From: Eledone cirrhosa
Taxonomy: Eukaryota
Direction of reading: 5' to 3'
Assembly (NCBI GenBank): GCA_964016885.1
Contig: OZ024740.1
Span: forward strand, 244,466,001 to 244,530,000
DNA length: 64,000 nt
Shown here: piece by piece, positions 14,879-30,314 of the stretch
Layout: each line of letters opens with the position of its first letter
Position numbering within the stretch: position 1 is the stretch's first letter
Program-made: the position numbers and the translations under genes
The notes under the pieces: generated by a model
Seen by the model: the letters and a program-made list of their open reading frames with translations, nothing else
The model's database searches: none
Told to the model about the DNA's origin: nothing

Positions 14879-14966
14879 TCCTCTTGATAAGTCGGCAGAC
14901 CTCGCAAGGACTCTATATCTTTGATATACTGTTTTTGTTTATGCCACGAAACTACGTAGTCGAGGA
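14879..14966 (+). ncRNA. Type I hammerhead ribozyme, U3-A8 core variant (inverted copy)
   Basis: Same motif as 13669-13756 on the plus strand: TCCTC-TTGATAA...GAAA-CTACGTAG-TC-GAGGA. Confidence 0.75.
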
Positions 14967-15035
14967 ATTTAGGAACAGTTTAGGTATGATACATTTTATT
15001 ACTAATTATATCTAAATGTTTCTTCTCTCTTCATA

Positions 15036-15138
<103 letters not shown>

Positions 15139-15221
15139 CAGAAGGGATATTCAATTTGTTGGTAATTTTTTATAACTGATTCAGAGCACTCGACAAGTTT
15201 TCTGGAGTATAATATTCAATG

Positions 15222-15346
<125 letters not shown>

Positions 15347-15389
15347 TATATATATATATAAGTATATATGTATATATAATATATATATT

Positions 15390-15419
<30 letters not shown>

Positions 15420-15420
<1 letters not shown>

Positions 15421-15662
15421 CAAGTAAGTATGTTTTGAAACAGTGAGCGAGTTTGAAATTAGAAAATATATAGCTTTCACCGTATTTTTGACTAAAGGAA
15501 TTTTAGCTTGATAACGGGGTTTAGAACCCTCAGATAAATGGAAAAAGATGAGTATTGACGTACATGTACGTCAATACTCATCTTTTTCCATTTATCTGAG
15601 GGTTCTAAACCCCGTTATCAAGCTAAAATTCCTTTAGTCAAAAATACGGTGAAAGATATATA
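15420..15662. repeat. Palindrome with arms of about 95 bp inside (TA)n; near-identical copy at 25432-25680
   Basis: Centre GACGTACATGTACGTC here and GACGTACATATGTACGTC in the second copy. Confidence 0.9.
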
Positions 15663-15663
15663 T

Positions 15664-16000
15664 GGAGGCACATGGCTTAGTGGTTAGAGCATTGGCCTTG
15701 CAATCGAAAGGTTGTGAGTTCAATTCTCAGACCGGGTGATGTGTTGTTTCCTTGAGCAAGACACTTTATTCCACATTGCTCCAGTTTACTCAGCTGTAGA
15801 AATGAGATGATAGGGACTGGGGTCCATATCATTCCACTGCAAAGTGGTCGTGGAGGTGCCACGGCAAAAAAAAAAGCACCCACCACTCACTGTAAATGAG
15901 GTTGGTGTTAGGAAGGGCATCCAGCTGTAGAAATCAAGCCAGATTCAGTTCCCGTCCTACCCTTGCAAGCAGGGAAAAGCGGACGTGAAATGAAATGAAT
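15664..16000 (+). mobile_element. tRNA-derived SINE with RTE-like 3' tail
   Basis: A box TGGCTTAGTGG, B box GAGTTCAATTC, body CCTTGAGCAAGACACTTT, tail GCAAGCAGGGAAAAGCGGACGT. Confidence 0.85.
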
Positions 16001-16140
16001 ATATATATATATATAAGTATATATCTACATATATATCTATATATATATATATATGAAGTAATTCCGTCGGGAAGGTCCAGTAAAAAAGAGTGCTCTATGT
16101 AGGTTACAGAGCTTAATAGTTATGTAATAAACAACAATTA

Positions 16141-16201
16141 TTTCATTTACCAGTGGTTTCTTGAAAGCAAACAAATTTTGATTTCAATCATCAGAATGAA
16201 A
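16141..16201 (-). ncRNA. Type I hammerhead ribozyme
   Basis: Minus strand: TTTCATT-CTGATGA-TTGAAA...TTTCAA-GAAA-CCACTGG-TA-AATGAAA, with a 7-bp stem I and GUA triplet, between (TA)n tracts. Confidence 0.8.
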
Positions 16202-16347
16202 AAATCCTGGTGTATTTATTGACATTGGATTTTTATATATATTATTATTATTGACATTGGATTTTTATACATATATATATATAAATTAATATATATATAT
16301 ATATATATATAATATATATATATATATATAAGTGTATATATATATAT

Positions 16348-16682
16348 CATCATCATCATTTTTTACGTCCACTTTTCCCTGCTTGCAAGGGTGGGATGGG
16401 AACTGATTCTGGCTTGATTTCTACAGCTGGATGCCCTTCCTAACACCAACCTCATTTACAGTGAGTGCTGGGTGCTTTTTGCCGTGGCACCTACACGACC
16501 ACTCTGCAGTGGAATGATATGGATCCCAGTCCCTATCATCTCATATCTACAGCTGAGTAAACTGGAGCAATGTGAAATAAAGTGTCTTGCTCAAGGAAAC
16601 AACACATCACCCGGACTGAGAATTGAACTCAAAACCTTTCAATTGCAAGGCTAATGCTCTAACCACTAAGCCATGTGCCTCT
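16348..16682 (-). mobile_element. tRNA-derived SINE, same family, opposite orientation
   Basis: Reverse-complement homolog of 15664-16000. Partial copies lie at about 6404-6680 and 7165-7302. Confidence 0.85.
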
Positions 16683-16705
16683 ATGTCAAATATATAAATA
16701 TATAA

Positions 16706-16740
<35 letters not shown>

Positions 16741-17379
16741 TACCAATCTGCCAAAGCAAAGATGATATTTAAATTAAAATCTTCCAACATAATATAAACA
16801 CCATTTGTTAAGTTAAGGACATATATTAGTAATGAAATTATTCGTAATTTTAATCAATTCTTTATTAACTAATAGTATATTTCATTAGAAATACGGTCGC
16901 AAAGGGGTCACCATCAAGAAGCCGTGACTACATGGCAACATAACAAAGAACGTGACACGCTGGTTACATTCTGTAATAGCCAGATTATTGGTATGTAAAA
17001 ATGGAATTGAGATGGAAACTAATGGGATAAAAAAAAAAAGATGGGGAAAACTACAAGCTACATGACATTGAACTTTCAGGAGAAACCTGAAGGCTGTCAT
17101 AGACACTGAGAAAACATAGAAGAGCAAACAACAGATTGAGGGATCAAGGAGACTGAGGGAGAACTGCTGTCAAATGCATTAACATGTGTATGTTTCAGTA
17201 TTTTTATCTTGTACAATCTTCAGGGCTGCACCATTGGCATGATGAAATGTATGTTGGAAGAGATGCTAGAATGAAGGTAAATAGATGTGGGCTGTGTACA
17301 AGAGCTAATATATAGGGGAGCCTCATCTGGGTTGGACTAATTATCAAAGTAATCAGAATATATGACAGAATAGTCATAT

Positions 17380-19400
17380 TTAGGCAACAGTGATATGCAT
17401 CACAATCAGGACTGATTGATGAACTGACAAACAAGAGGGCTATTTCAATGAGATTCTTTTACAAACAACTTCAATAACAAACAACACTGACCTCATTTTC
17501 ACAGCTTGTGATTTTAATGGACATATTGGGAAATCATGAGGGCTATTCTGATGTCCATGGAGTCCAAGGTTATGGTACTCAGAATGAAGAGAGTTCAAGT
17601 CTCTCCAATGAAAATTACCTGACCATTTGTAACACTAATTTCAGAGAAACCAGCAAACCACCTGATCATCTACCACTCAGGCAAACACACAGTTATTGTG
17701 AATACTAGGTCTTTCTCCAAAGAAGAATGTACACAAACACAGCATAGACTGGTGATTAGGGACATTAGATTAATGCTAAATAGAAGTAGACACAAGACAA
17801 TCTGGAAGAGGAAAAGTGATAAATGATTAATGACATTAAATTAAGAGCTAGTTAGAAAACAGGAAAGAAAGGTGTGAAAACAAAGATCTCACAACCAGTT
17901 GTGGGTACAACAACACACTAAGTGATGAGTATCTCGGGGAGGAAGAGATGGAAATCCTTAAACTAGAGGACAACTTATGCACCACAGACTAGATCTGGGC
18001 ATGATTGAAAGCTCCAGCCAGACAGAGGGTAACATGGTTGTTGTTGTTGGTATTGTTATTTAGCCCCACATTAACTCTGAGCAGTTATATGTTCAAAGAC
18101 ATTCCAGCCATAATCATTCATAACATGTTGGATAATATGGTCCTGAATCCTGAAGTCCAGATTACAAGAGGTCACTGAATGAGGAGAGCTTAGGAGAGAG
18201 AAGCACTACTCTAAATAGACCAACATAAAAATCAGATATTAAAACTGACAGCTATCTAGTTGGAAGGATCACTAATGATATAAAGGCAGAGAAAGCAATC
18301 AATGAGATGTTGAAAATATCCAGTGAAGTGGAACATGTGCTTGTCACTTACATTGTCTATAAGCTAGTCCAGAAAATGTGTCATACTCAATGACTGGTGT
18401 AGTAATATCATCATCATTTACTTACAAGAGAAAAGGAAATGCTATACAAAAAAAAAACTACAGGTATCAAACTGATGAATGAATTTATGAAAGTAACAAA
18501 AAGAGATACAGCAGAATAAATAAAAAGGAAAATCAGTATTGCTGAGCTGCAGTTTGAGTTTGAGCCAGGACAGGACACTTTAGTGACATACCTACAAAAG
18601 TTCTTAGGTAAAAGTAAACCACTATACTTAGCATTTCTTGACCTGGAGAATGCTTTTGATATAGTACCATGCTCTGTAGTTTGGTGGTTGGTAAGAAAAC
18701 TAAATATAGATGAATGGCTTGTGAATGCTGTGCAAGCCATAGAGGTGCTGTCAGCAAGGCGAGAGTTGGCAATGAGTCCAATGAGGAATTTAGTGTGCAT
18801 CAAGGCTCAATTATTAGTACCATCTTGTTTATAATCCTTCAAGCCATACCAAAGGAGTTTAAGATTAGCTGTCAGTAGGAACTTCTGTTGAAAATTAGAG
18901 AAGAAATGCCATATGTAGAAAGAAAACCTAGAATGGGGAGGTCATACAGTAAACCTAGCAAAGATAAGTTTCAGTTAGCTGGAAAGAAGATAAAACTCTA
19001 TTGCCATTTGGGAAGTGGCCATGCTCAATATGCCAAAAAGGAGTAAGAAAGCTATATGGTATACACAATGTAAAACATGGAACACAGGCTGGCAGAAAAG
19101 TGAAAAGCAGATTATATGAAGCTTATGTAGAATTAGGAGGATGAGAAGGATGTGCAATGAGTGGGAAAAAATAGTTGAGTGTGTTATGTTGGATATGTAA
19201 AATGTACCAATGAGCTATGTTGGATATGAAAATTCACCAATGAGATATGTTGGGAAGTAAAATGCACCAATAAGCTAAGAGATAAAACTGAATGTAAAAG
19301 GAATCAGATGAGGTGTGCAAAAGAGACGGTTGCACTTGTATGGAAATGTGAAGTACATAGATAATACAAGTTGGGCAAGGAAATATTAAGCAGTCCAGTT
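17380..19400 (+). mobile_element. Heavily decayed RTE-clade LINE (same type as 39140-40505)
   Basis: Remnants GYGTQNEE, LTICNTNF and LYLAFLDLENAFDIVP...EWLVNAVQA. Confidence 0.65.
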
Positions 19401-19912
19401 CAGTTCAATTCACAGCTCAATAACACATAAAACAGTTTAATCACTTGGTAAGAATGCCAGTTGGGCAGGTAACCCTGTGGACCTATAACACTAAATGCTC
19501 AAACTTCAGAGACAGAAGACCAAGGCAGAAGGATTGAGTCATAGACGTGCTGTGCACCCACAGCATGATACTAATTCCAGCTTTACACCTTGCTACTGAT
19601 CACCAACTTCAACTCCTTACAACACCTTCCTATGAGAAGTGCCTGGACAAAATGTATATATGTTAATATACAATTTTTCTCTTTCACTAGTTTCAGTCAT
19701 TGGACTGCAGCTATGGTGGGTCACAGCTTTTAGTGTTTAGTCATTCATATCAACCCCAATACTTATTTCATAGAGCTCTATTTGTCAAATTGTAAAGTTA
19801 CGGGACATAAACAAACAACACCAGTTGTTAGGTGGTGTAGACATAAAAATAAACATGAGCAAACACATATACACATTTATAAGAATAAAACAGTTCTAGT
19901 CCTGTCAAAGTC

Positions 19913-19958
<46 letters not shown>

Positions 19959-20033
19959 CAAAACGAAGTAGTTTTGTTTACACTATATACATGTGTAAAC
20001 TGAGTTTAGATGTGTCTTTGCACATATAAACTC

Positions 20034-20122
20034 GTATATCTGACGAGATGTCGAAAAAGAGTCGGGCCCCGTCACCTTGATTGTACCCTGAGCTTATCGA
20101 TATCGAAACAATTGTAATATGC
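20034..20122 (+). ncRNA. Type I hammerhead ribozyme with long stem II
   Basis: GTATAT-CTGACGA-GATGTCGA...TCGATATC-GAAA-CAATTG-TA-ATATGC, then AATAAA. Stem III is palindromic. The cassette (about 19955-20295) is flanked by (TA)n. Confidence 0.8.
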
Positions 20123-20290
20123 AAATAAAGTGTGTACATATGCTGCAACACTGACTTCGACTCTTTTAAATCTATTTACACTCTGCACACTACAGCCGTA
20201 ACTGGAATACAACCCAAACGAAATGGATCTCGTAACAGCGATTGCTTCAAACGGCGCGCCGCCTCTCACTGTTGTTACACACCTAACACG

Positions 20291-20365
<75 letters not shown>

Positions 20366-21636
20366 CGAAGGAGGTGTGGTGAGGAACCAGATGGACCATA
20401 ACGCATCAGAGTACTCAATACTTAGGGTAGCAGAGTGGGTAATAGGAAAAAGTTTAAACCCGACGGCAGAGCTCAAGCCGTTTCGACGGCTATTTCTGGA
20501 GTCCAGAAACGGCTTGAGCTCTGCGGTCGGGGTTAAACTTTTTCATATATATATATATATATATATATTCACGCACACGTTTAAACTCATGAAAAGTATC
20601 AAAATAGTAGAATATCCTTTATTGAGTTTCCTATGAAGCAACCTTTGATAGCAAAAAGTCAGGGAGGGTTTCTCTATATAGCAGCTCAATCTGCTAGAAA
20701 TACAAACCAAATCTCTTACACATCAAATTCTCTTGTTGATAACAAGAGGAAGAACACACAAAATAATGTAGTCGGTAGTGGACAACTGTGTCCAGAAAAT
20801 AGACGGGATAGTCATGGGTGAAATACCATTGATCATAGGTCTGCTAAATCGGACCCGATTTGGGGTTGAAAACTCTAAATATAATTTAATGCCTGTGAAT
20901 GCTGTTCAGATTTTGAAGTTGTCAGATCATAAATGTATAAAGGAATGTTAAGTTTTACCAGGGACACGTTGACATTAAGGTTCGATATAAGAAACCTAAA
21001 ATAATCGCAACAGACTCACTGAATTCATAGCATGTATATGTTAGGAATAGGGTTCCTTCGACGCCACGGGTGTGTGTGCGCGCACGTGTGTGGGGGGGGG
21101 GGGGGTGTATGCGAATTAGGTGTATGAGACAAGATATCTTCATATTCTTATTTCGATATCTATTGTCAATGATTACCAAAATGAAAATAAATAGTTAACA
21201 ATAATTAATTTTGCATGTCACAAACCTACATCGGTTTCAGAATGCCACTGCAAAAACAACAACAAAAACAAAGGTCTCTCGGTTCACGGGAAAAAGATCA
21301 AAACAATGCACATATCAAAAAAATATCTAAGAACCTATTAACCGATTTTGTATAACCGATCATGTAAGGTAAACTGCTGTGATCGATCAATCTAAGCTAT
21401 AGTTATCATAGAAATATATCTTCTCACACGAAGGATGGACAGAAAAGAAAAATGTAACAATACATATTTACAAACGTAAAGATCCAATATCAAACTCTTG
21501 TTATGATTGTTTTCTACATAGAGTTGTACATAGTACAATGACTGTATTTGGTAGCGGCAATTGTTCAGTGTTCATAGGACATTCATCAGCTTTTTAATAA
21601 GGTTGTTTATATATTTATGTAAAATATAAAACTTAC

Positions 21637-21884
21637 CAGAAAGATATACGATCTTTGGGGTAGTTGAGGATTTCCAACTGACCGAGAACCCACGGTAAGG
21701 CGTGTCCTTCGTTGCGCACAGCTAATGCTATCAAAACTGTCGGTGGGAGTTTCGACTGCACATTGTTCATAGAATTATTATTCAATAAGTTTTCACTATA
21801 TACAACAAGAAAATTCGAAATAAATACGATAAAACATAGCAATGTTTGGAGGAGAGAGCTCCACGTCAACTTAGACGCAGCCAT
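21637..21884 (-). CDS. COLGALT: First coding exon of a procollagen galactosyltransferase (glycosyltransferase family 25, COLGALT/GLT25D-like)
   Basis: Translation has an N-terminal hydrophobic signal segment followed by PTVLIALAVRNEGHALPWVLGQLEILNYPKDRISFW, matching the COLGALT N-terminal pattern (PTVLIA..ARN..H.LP..LG.LE.L.YPK.RI..W). It ends at a canonical donor TCTG|GTAAGT (intron starts at 21636). No downstream exon was recognised in the window. Confidence 0.85.
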
Positions 21885-22333
21885 GTTGCCAGGCGAACGA
21901 CACTAACTTCGACACAAAAGAGTTCTGCTACTGTTTGTAGTGAAGCAGTCGACTTTTTCTCGTTGCTCCTCGCCCCCACCAGACTTCATCCCTTCCTCCT
22001 CCTCTAGCTCTAACTTTCATCTTCCTCCACCTTAAACTCTCGTTCCTTGGATGCTGGGTGGTATAGAATAACTCAGTTTCTCTTTTTCTCTCTTCTCTTT
22101 TCTTCAAAATGACAATGTGCTTGAATGTGCTCATATCATTTCACTCCCTCTCCTCCCTCTTTTCTTCACACATAAACACGCTCATTTATATCTATCGGTC
22201 TATTTATTTATTTATCTATCTATTTCTATGATTGTTTATCTACCTTGCCCACATATCTGCCCATATTTATTATAGATACTCATATATCATCATCATCATC
22301 ATCATCATTTAACGTCCACACACACACACACAT

Positions 22334-24705
<2,372 letters not shown>

Positions 24706-24830
24706 AATTTATATTATATGTATATAATTTATATTATATATATATAGGAAAAGAGTCACGACCCCGACGGCTAGCTAGTCGAAACGGCCGGAGCTCAGCC
24801 GTCGGGGTCGTGACTCTTTTCCTATTACCC

Positions 24831-24885
<55 letters not shown>

Positions 24886-24979
24886 AAGAAAGTGTGGTAA
24901 GATACCAGGTGGACCATAACGCACCAGAGTACTCGGCACTTAGGGTAGTAAAGTGGGTAATAGGAAAAGAGAGAGTGTA

Positions 24980-25071
<92 letters not shown>

Positions 25072-25246
25072 GAGAGAGAGTAGATTTAGGATTTAACTTC
25101 AGACATTGTATACAGAAATGTATAGAAATTTCGTATTTCTAAAGAAACACGGTATGTTTATACGTAAACATTTAGAAAGCCGTAGCTATGCAAAAAACAC
25201 CGGGGCTGACGCCCTCTGGTGGTGTCCAGGAGAAGTAAGGGGGACA

Positions 25247-25290
25247 ATCGTCGGTGCATTTCGAAATTAACTAGTCCTTATCAGGACGAT
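25247..25290 (-). ncRNA. Degenerate minimal hammerhead ribozyme
   Basis: Minus strand: ATCGTC-CTGATAA-ggactagttaatttc-GAAA-TGCA-CC-GACGAT. Perfect 6-bp stem I and palindromic tetraloop, but G8 and U16.1 are altered. Confidence 0.55.
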
Positions 25291-25827
25291 CCCTTCCACA
25301 CTTGCGACTGCTGGACTTGAAAACAGTCGAGAATATATAGTTTTCTCGTCTGTGTAAATGAGGTGATTAATCTCATTTGCATATGAATCTGCATAAGTTG
25401 GCTCAACTTATAATAAAATATATATATATATCAAGTAAGTATATTTTGAAACAGTGAGCGAGTTTGAAATTAGAAAATATATAGCTTTCACCGTATTTTT
25501 AACTAAAGGAATTTTTTAGCTTGATAACGGGGTTTAGAACCCTCAGATAAATGGAAAAAGATGAGTATTGACGTACATATGTACGTCAATACTCATCTTT
25601 TCCATTTATCTGAGGGTTCTAAACCCCGTTATCAAGCTAAAAAATTCCTTTAGTTAAAAATACGGTGAAAGCTATATATATTGTTATACTTTGGGAGGGT
25701 CATGTTGCCAATAAGAAACACACGCACCAATTGCTTTCACTTCAATTTATTATATATTTATAAATTTATAAATTTATAAATTTCTGGTTGGTTGGTTGGT
25801 TCCACAACCAGATAGTTGTTTATATAT

Positions 25828-25872
25828 AGTCATAGTTCTTTCGTCACACACTCTGTGACCTCTTCAGTGACT
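25828..25872 (-). ncRNA. Type I hammerhead ribozyme (same family as 11958)
   Basis: Reverse complement of the 11958-12002 motif. Confidence 0.8.
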
Positions 25873-25932
25873 GGGGATTCCTTTCTTTGTTTCTGTGCCT
25901 CTCCTTTGTTCTGTCCTACGCCATTTTGTTTC

Positions 25933-25975
25933 TCACTGAAGAGGTCACAGAGTGTGTGACGAAAGAACTATGACT
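25933..25975 (+). ncRNA. Type I hammerhead ribozyme (same family as 11958; stem I 5'-truncated)
   Basis: TCA-CTGAAGA-GGTCACAGAGTGTGTGAC-GAAA-GAAC-TA-TGACT, forming the other arm of a fold-back. Confidence 0.75.
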
Positions 25976-26179
25976 ATATATAAACAACTATCTGGTTGTG
26001 GAACCAACCAGCCAACCAGAAATTTATAAATTTATAAATTTATAAATATATAATAAATTGAAGTGAAAGCAACTGGTGCTTGTGTTTCTTATTGGCAACA
26101 TGACCCTCCCAAAGTATAACAATATCGGTTTCAACACACGATTTCAGATAAAGAATCTTGCTAAACAAATTCAGAAACG

Positions 26180-26218
<39 letters not shown>

Positions 26219-26990
26219 AACCAGTAAGACCCCGACGGCTGAGCTCAATCCGTTTCGACGGCTAATAGCCGTCGAAACGGATTGAGCTCAGCCGTCGGGG
26301 TCTTACTGGTTCCTATTACCCACTCTACTACCCCAAGTATTGAGTACTTTGGTGCGTTATGGTCCACCTGGTTCCTTACCACATTTCCTTCGTTATATAT
26401 ATATATATATATAGTTAAAAGAATAGAGGTGTAACACACAAGTTATTATATATTGGTAAACGGAATAGAAAATGCTGACAAATTGTTCACAGTTGAAAAA
26501 TGGTTTAATTAGGAATAAAAGAGTATTAGTGATTGTATGGGTTAGTATTCAGTTGTGGTTTTAAGTTTTTAAGTTTTTACCGGTTGCCCATTTCTAAATG
26601 CTTTTCAAAAATAATTTTGAGATAGAGTGTCCGTGCTGTTTGCTCTGATCTGATTAGTTTTGGGAATTCTACCTGTTTTTATGTTAAAAAAGTGGCTCCA
26701 GCGTTATTTTTGTGTTGCAAAAATGCTTGTGGTCAAAACAATTTTGATTGGTCGGTAGAGGTCATGTGAATGTAAAAAGTTGATTTTGCGCCAAGACTGT
26801 TTTTATGTTAAATGGCGTTTCCGACGGCTCTTTGGAGTAGCGTTACTCGATAGAGTGCGTAGCTCGGAGTTCAGAGAGTCAGCGAGGTAGAGTCGCAACT
26901 TCCCCGAATTGAGAGACCACAGCTCCGATATTACAGACATGGAATTAGGATGACTCGGGGGGGAAATCAGTGGACAGATTTATATATAAA

Positions 26991-27565
26991 CTAGCAGTGG
27001 TACCCGGCGTTGCACGGGATAAGGTATTGTGAAATATATAACCGCCTTAGCTAAGCTTAGTATTGCCACAACCACGGCTGGCAAAGAAGTAAGGGTCTGG
27101 TGGTACATAAGTAAGCAACACTGTGGCTTAAAACGTGAGGAAGAAGTTGTGTGCACTTACCAATTGTTTGGGGAATGAGTGTGAGATTTGTCTGGAGCAA
27201 GGGTGGCCGAATAACCGGAGGCAGCAGACAGCCAGACATACTGACAGATATCATAAGGGCACCTTTTGGACGCAGAGCGAATTGTAGGAAGTGACGTAAT
27301 GCAGACAGCCAGACATACAGACAGATATTATAAGGGCGCGACGTTATATGTATCTATCTAAAAAGAGAAAGACTAAGAATTATAGAGAGAGATCGCTAAA
27401 TCACCTAATGCAGTCCCTAGGGCATTCAAAATTTGAAATTGTTTTTGCTCAGAACACTCCCTGAAACATAAGTATTACATGTGTAAAGTTTGGGTTGGGT
27501 GCTTCTCTAGTTTTAGGGATTCAAACTCACACACACACAGACATCCTCAGTTTTATATATATAGA
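26991..27565 (-). mobile_element. Non-autonomous Helitron
   Basis: The minus strand starts TCTATATATATAAAA and ends with the hairpin CCCGTGCAACGCCGGG followed by CTAG|T. Confidence 0.75.
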
Positions 27566-27645
27566 CTAGCAGAAAACCGCCCCCCGTGTGGTTTTCTGCT
27601 AGTATATATATATATTACACACACAGAAATGTATATATATTTCTG

Positions 27646-27676
<31 letters not shown>

Positions 27677-28060
27677 TACACACACAGAAATGTATATATA
27701 TCTCTGTGTGCATATATATATATATATATATTACACACACAGAAATGTATATATATTTCTGTGTGTATATATATATATATTACACACACAGAAATGTATA
27801 TATATTTCTGTGTGTATATATATATATTTCTGTGTGTGTATATATATATATATTACACACACACAGAAATGTATATATATTTCTGTAGCACTCCTCAATT
27901 CCCCCCTCTCTCCCTCCCGCTATCCCCCTCTCGTAGTCTGTCTCTTTCTTTCACTCTCACTCTCTCTCTACGCGTGCGCAAAAAACATTCTCACGCGCGC
28001 ACGTGTTTCCACTGTCGGACAGACAGACAGAGAAATTGCTGGTTATATATTATAAGGAGA
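27566..28060 (-). mobile_element. Second Helitron in tandem, with an internal palindromic minisatellite
   Basis: A|TCTCCTTATAATATATAA at the start and CTAG at the end, abutting the first Helitron. Internal ACACACAGAAATGTATATATATTTCTGTGTGT repeats. Confidence 0.6.
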
Positions 28061-28252
28061 TAAATATGCATAATATGCATATCTGCTTTGTATTGACACT
28101 CAAGAGAATGAGTACGCAATACCATCTCAAAGATTAGTCTGATGATCACAGGCGTAACTCCAAAGTGATAATAATGCCCATGTTATATACATACAAAGAT
28201 GCATTCATGCATCAATACATATTTATGTATGCATATACACACACACACACGC

Positions 28253-28300
<48 letters not shown>

Positions 28301-30314
28301 TATTCAAAATATTAACAAATGAAAAATATTCTCATAATCAAAATATATACTTTATTATATATATTTCAAAGGTACTGAAAAAACAACACAGTACCTTTGA
28401 AATATATATAATAAAGTATATATTTTGATTATGAGAATATTTTTCATTTGTTAATATTTTGAATAATAATAAAAACTCCAGGAAAACACACTGTTGAGTG
28501 CTTCTAATCTATTGTAAAATTGTATTCATTGAGTAATCAACGAACCATACTAATCTTTGGTTATATATATATATATATATATATATATTCACACACAACA
28601 GACACACACACATATTTATATACATTCATATATATGCATATATACACAATTTATTCTTGTATATACATAAACACTCGTATGTATGTATGTATGTCAACGG
28701 CCATCCAAAAGTGTGTAAATATGTATATACACATGTACCGCGCGGTTAAACCACTGGGAGTGAAGGACCCCTAGCCTTTGTCAGGGCATTCTTCTAGGAG
28801 AAGGCAACTCAGGAAACTGGGATAACTCCTATATAAAAACCTGCTGCTCAGTAGTTACCGATGATGTTGATCTTTTCTTCTTTTCGAGTTATAGCTACTG
28901 TCGCTCAGAGAGTGGGATTGGCTCAGTGCACAGTCTTCCTCACTTTAAAAAATATCTTCACGCACAGGCATTGCACGATAGAATTAATCAATAATTATTA
29001 ATAATGGTATATCGTGCAATGGCCATACTCGATAACGAGGGGGCAGCCATCATGTATGTATGTATGTGTGTGTGTTTATGTCAGGTCGCTCTTCAGCGAC
29101 TAAATCGGCAACCCCACCAAGCTTGCTTGGTGAGGAGGATTATTTTGGACACCCCGCGGGATGGAAAACAAAATCCGTCAAAGGGCGGAGGAACTCTGTG
29201 GAGTCAACGGCCATCCAATAAATTATCTTTTCTTTTTTTTGTGGAGTGAGAGACTCCTAATTTACATTATGACATCTCTTTAGGAGAAGGTCATTCTGAT
29301 ATAAAACCTGCCACTTCGTTTTTCATCTAATTATGTAGACCAGTTCTACTTTTTGGGTAAATGCATTCGATGTTCAGAGTGGGATTGGTCCCGTGCAAAG
29401 CCTTTCCTCACTTAAAAAAGTTTCATGTACAGGTATCGCTTGATATGTGATATTTTGTTGATGCATGGCACTGCTAGCCATAGGCAAGTCCGTAGCAGGA
29501 CTAAAACGCCACGTACGTGATGTTCATGCTTAAGTATAAAACGGTGACATTACTCGGAATTGAACCATCATGTATGTACGTATGTATGAATGCTATTACT
29601 AAAGGCTCTGCAAAACTCTATACTAGAATACTGTGAAATCCATACAAATAAAGATGCATGCTACAAAATCTATCCTCTTTCTGGATGGCAACATATGGAT
29701 GAAAAAGTATAATATATACACAAACATGGTGGCTGCAAACTCTGTTAAGAGTATTGCAATCACTTGTCAGATTATACAGTTTGGTACATTTTTAGGTTAC
29801 GGCCAGCCACACAAACCTGTAACATATCCTGAACAAGCAATGCCTGTTTTTTAAAAGTTTTTTTTAAGTGGGGAAAGGCCTTGCACTCGACCAATCCCAC
29901 TCTTTGAGCATCAAAAACACTACCCGAAAAGGAGAACTGGTCAACATCATCGGATGCTTCCGAATCCGCAGGTTTTCTTTCAGTGTTTCCCCTCTCCTAG
30001 AAAGGTGTTGTGATAACAACTGGGGGCCTTTCATTCCCAGGTGAAAAAAAAGTACTATTTGGATGGCCTTTGACTCTGCTGAGTTCCTCCGCCCTTTGCC
30101 GGGTGTTGTATTTTATCCCGCAGGGTGTCCAAATATCACCCTCCTCGCCAAGCAAGTCTGGTAGAGTTGCCAGTTTAGTCACCGACGACCCGACCGTGAG
30201 ACAGGTTGTACTGGGTTACATGTTACCAGTAGCACTCGAGAGCGACCTGACATACAAACATACATACATACATACATACATCTTACCTTAAATCACAATG
30301 AATTCAACACCATT

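Larger units (their letters stand above)
25680..26125. mobile_element. Head-to-head fold-back of a hammerhead cassette (single copy at about 11910-12150)
   Basis: Arms about 25680-25920 (minus) and 25933-26125 (plus), both ending in CCCTCCCAAAGTATAACAATAT. Confidence 0.75.

Noticed and set aside
15500-15660. TTGATAA and CTGAGG...GAAA motifs in the palindrome as a hammerhead
   Set aside because: No convincing stem I or stem III could be formed.
15664-15740. tRNA gene
   Set aside because: It is a SINE head continuing into a SINE body, with no complete cloverleaf or terminator.
19185-19275. CRISPR-like reading of short repeat arrays (30-bp tandem here; about 43-bp tandem at 4790-4935)
   Set aside because: Contiguous degenerate tandem repeats without unique spacers, in eukaryotic retroelement context.
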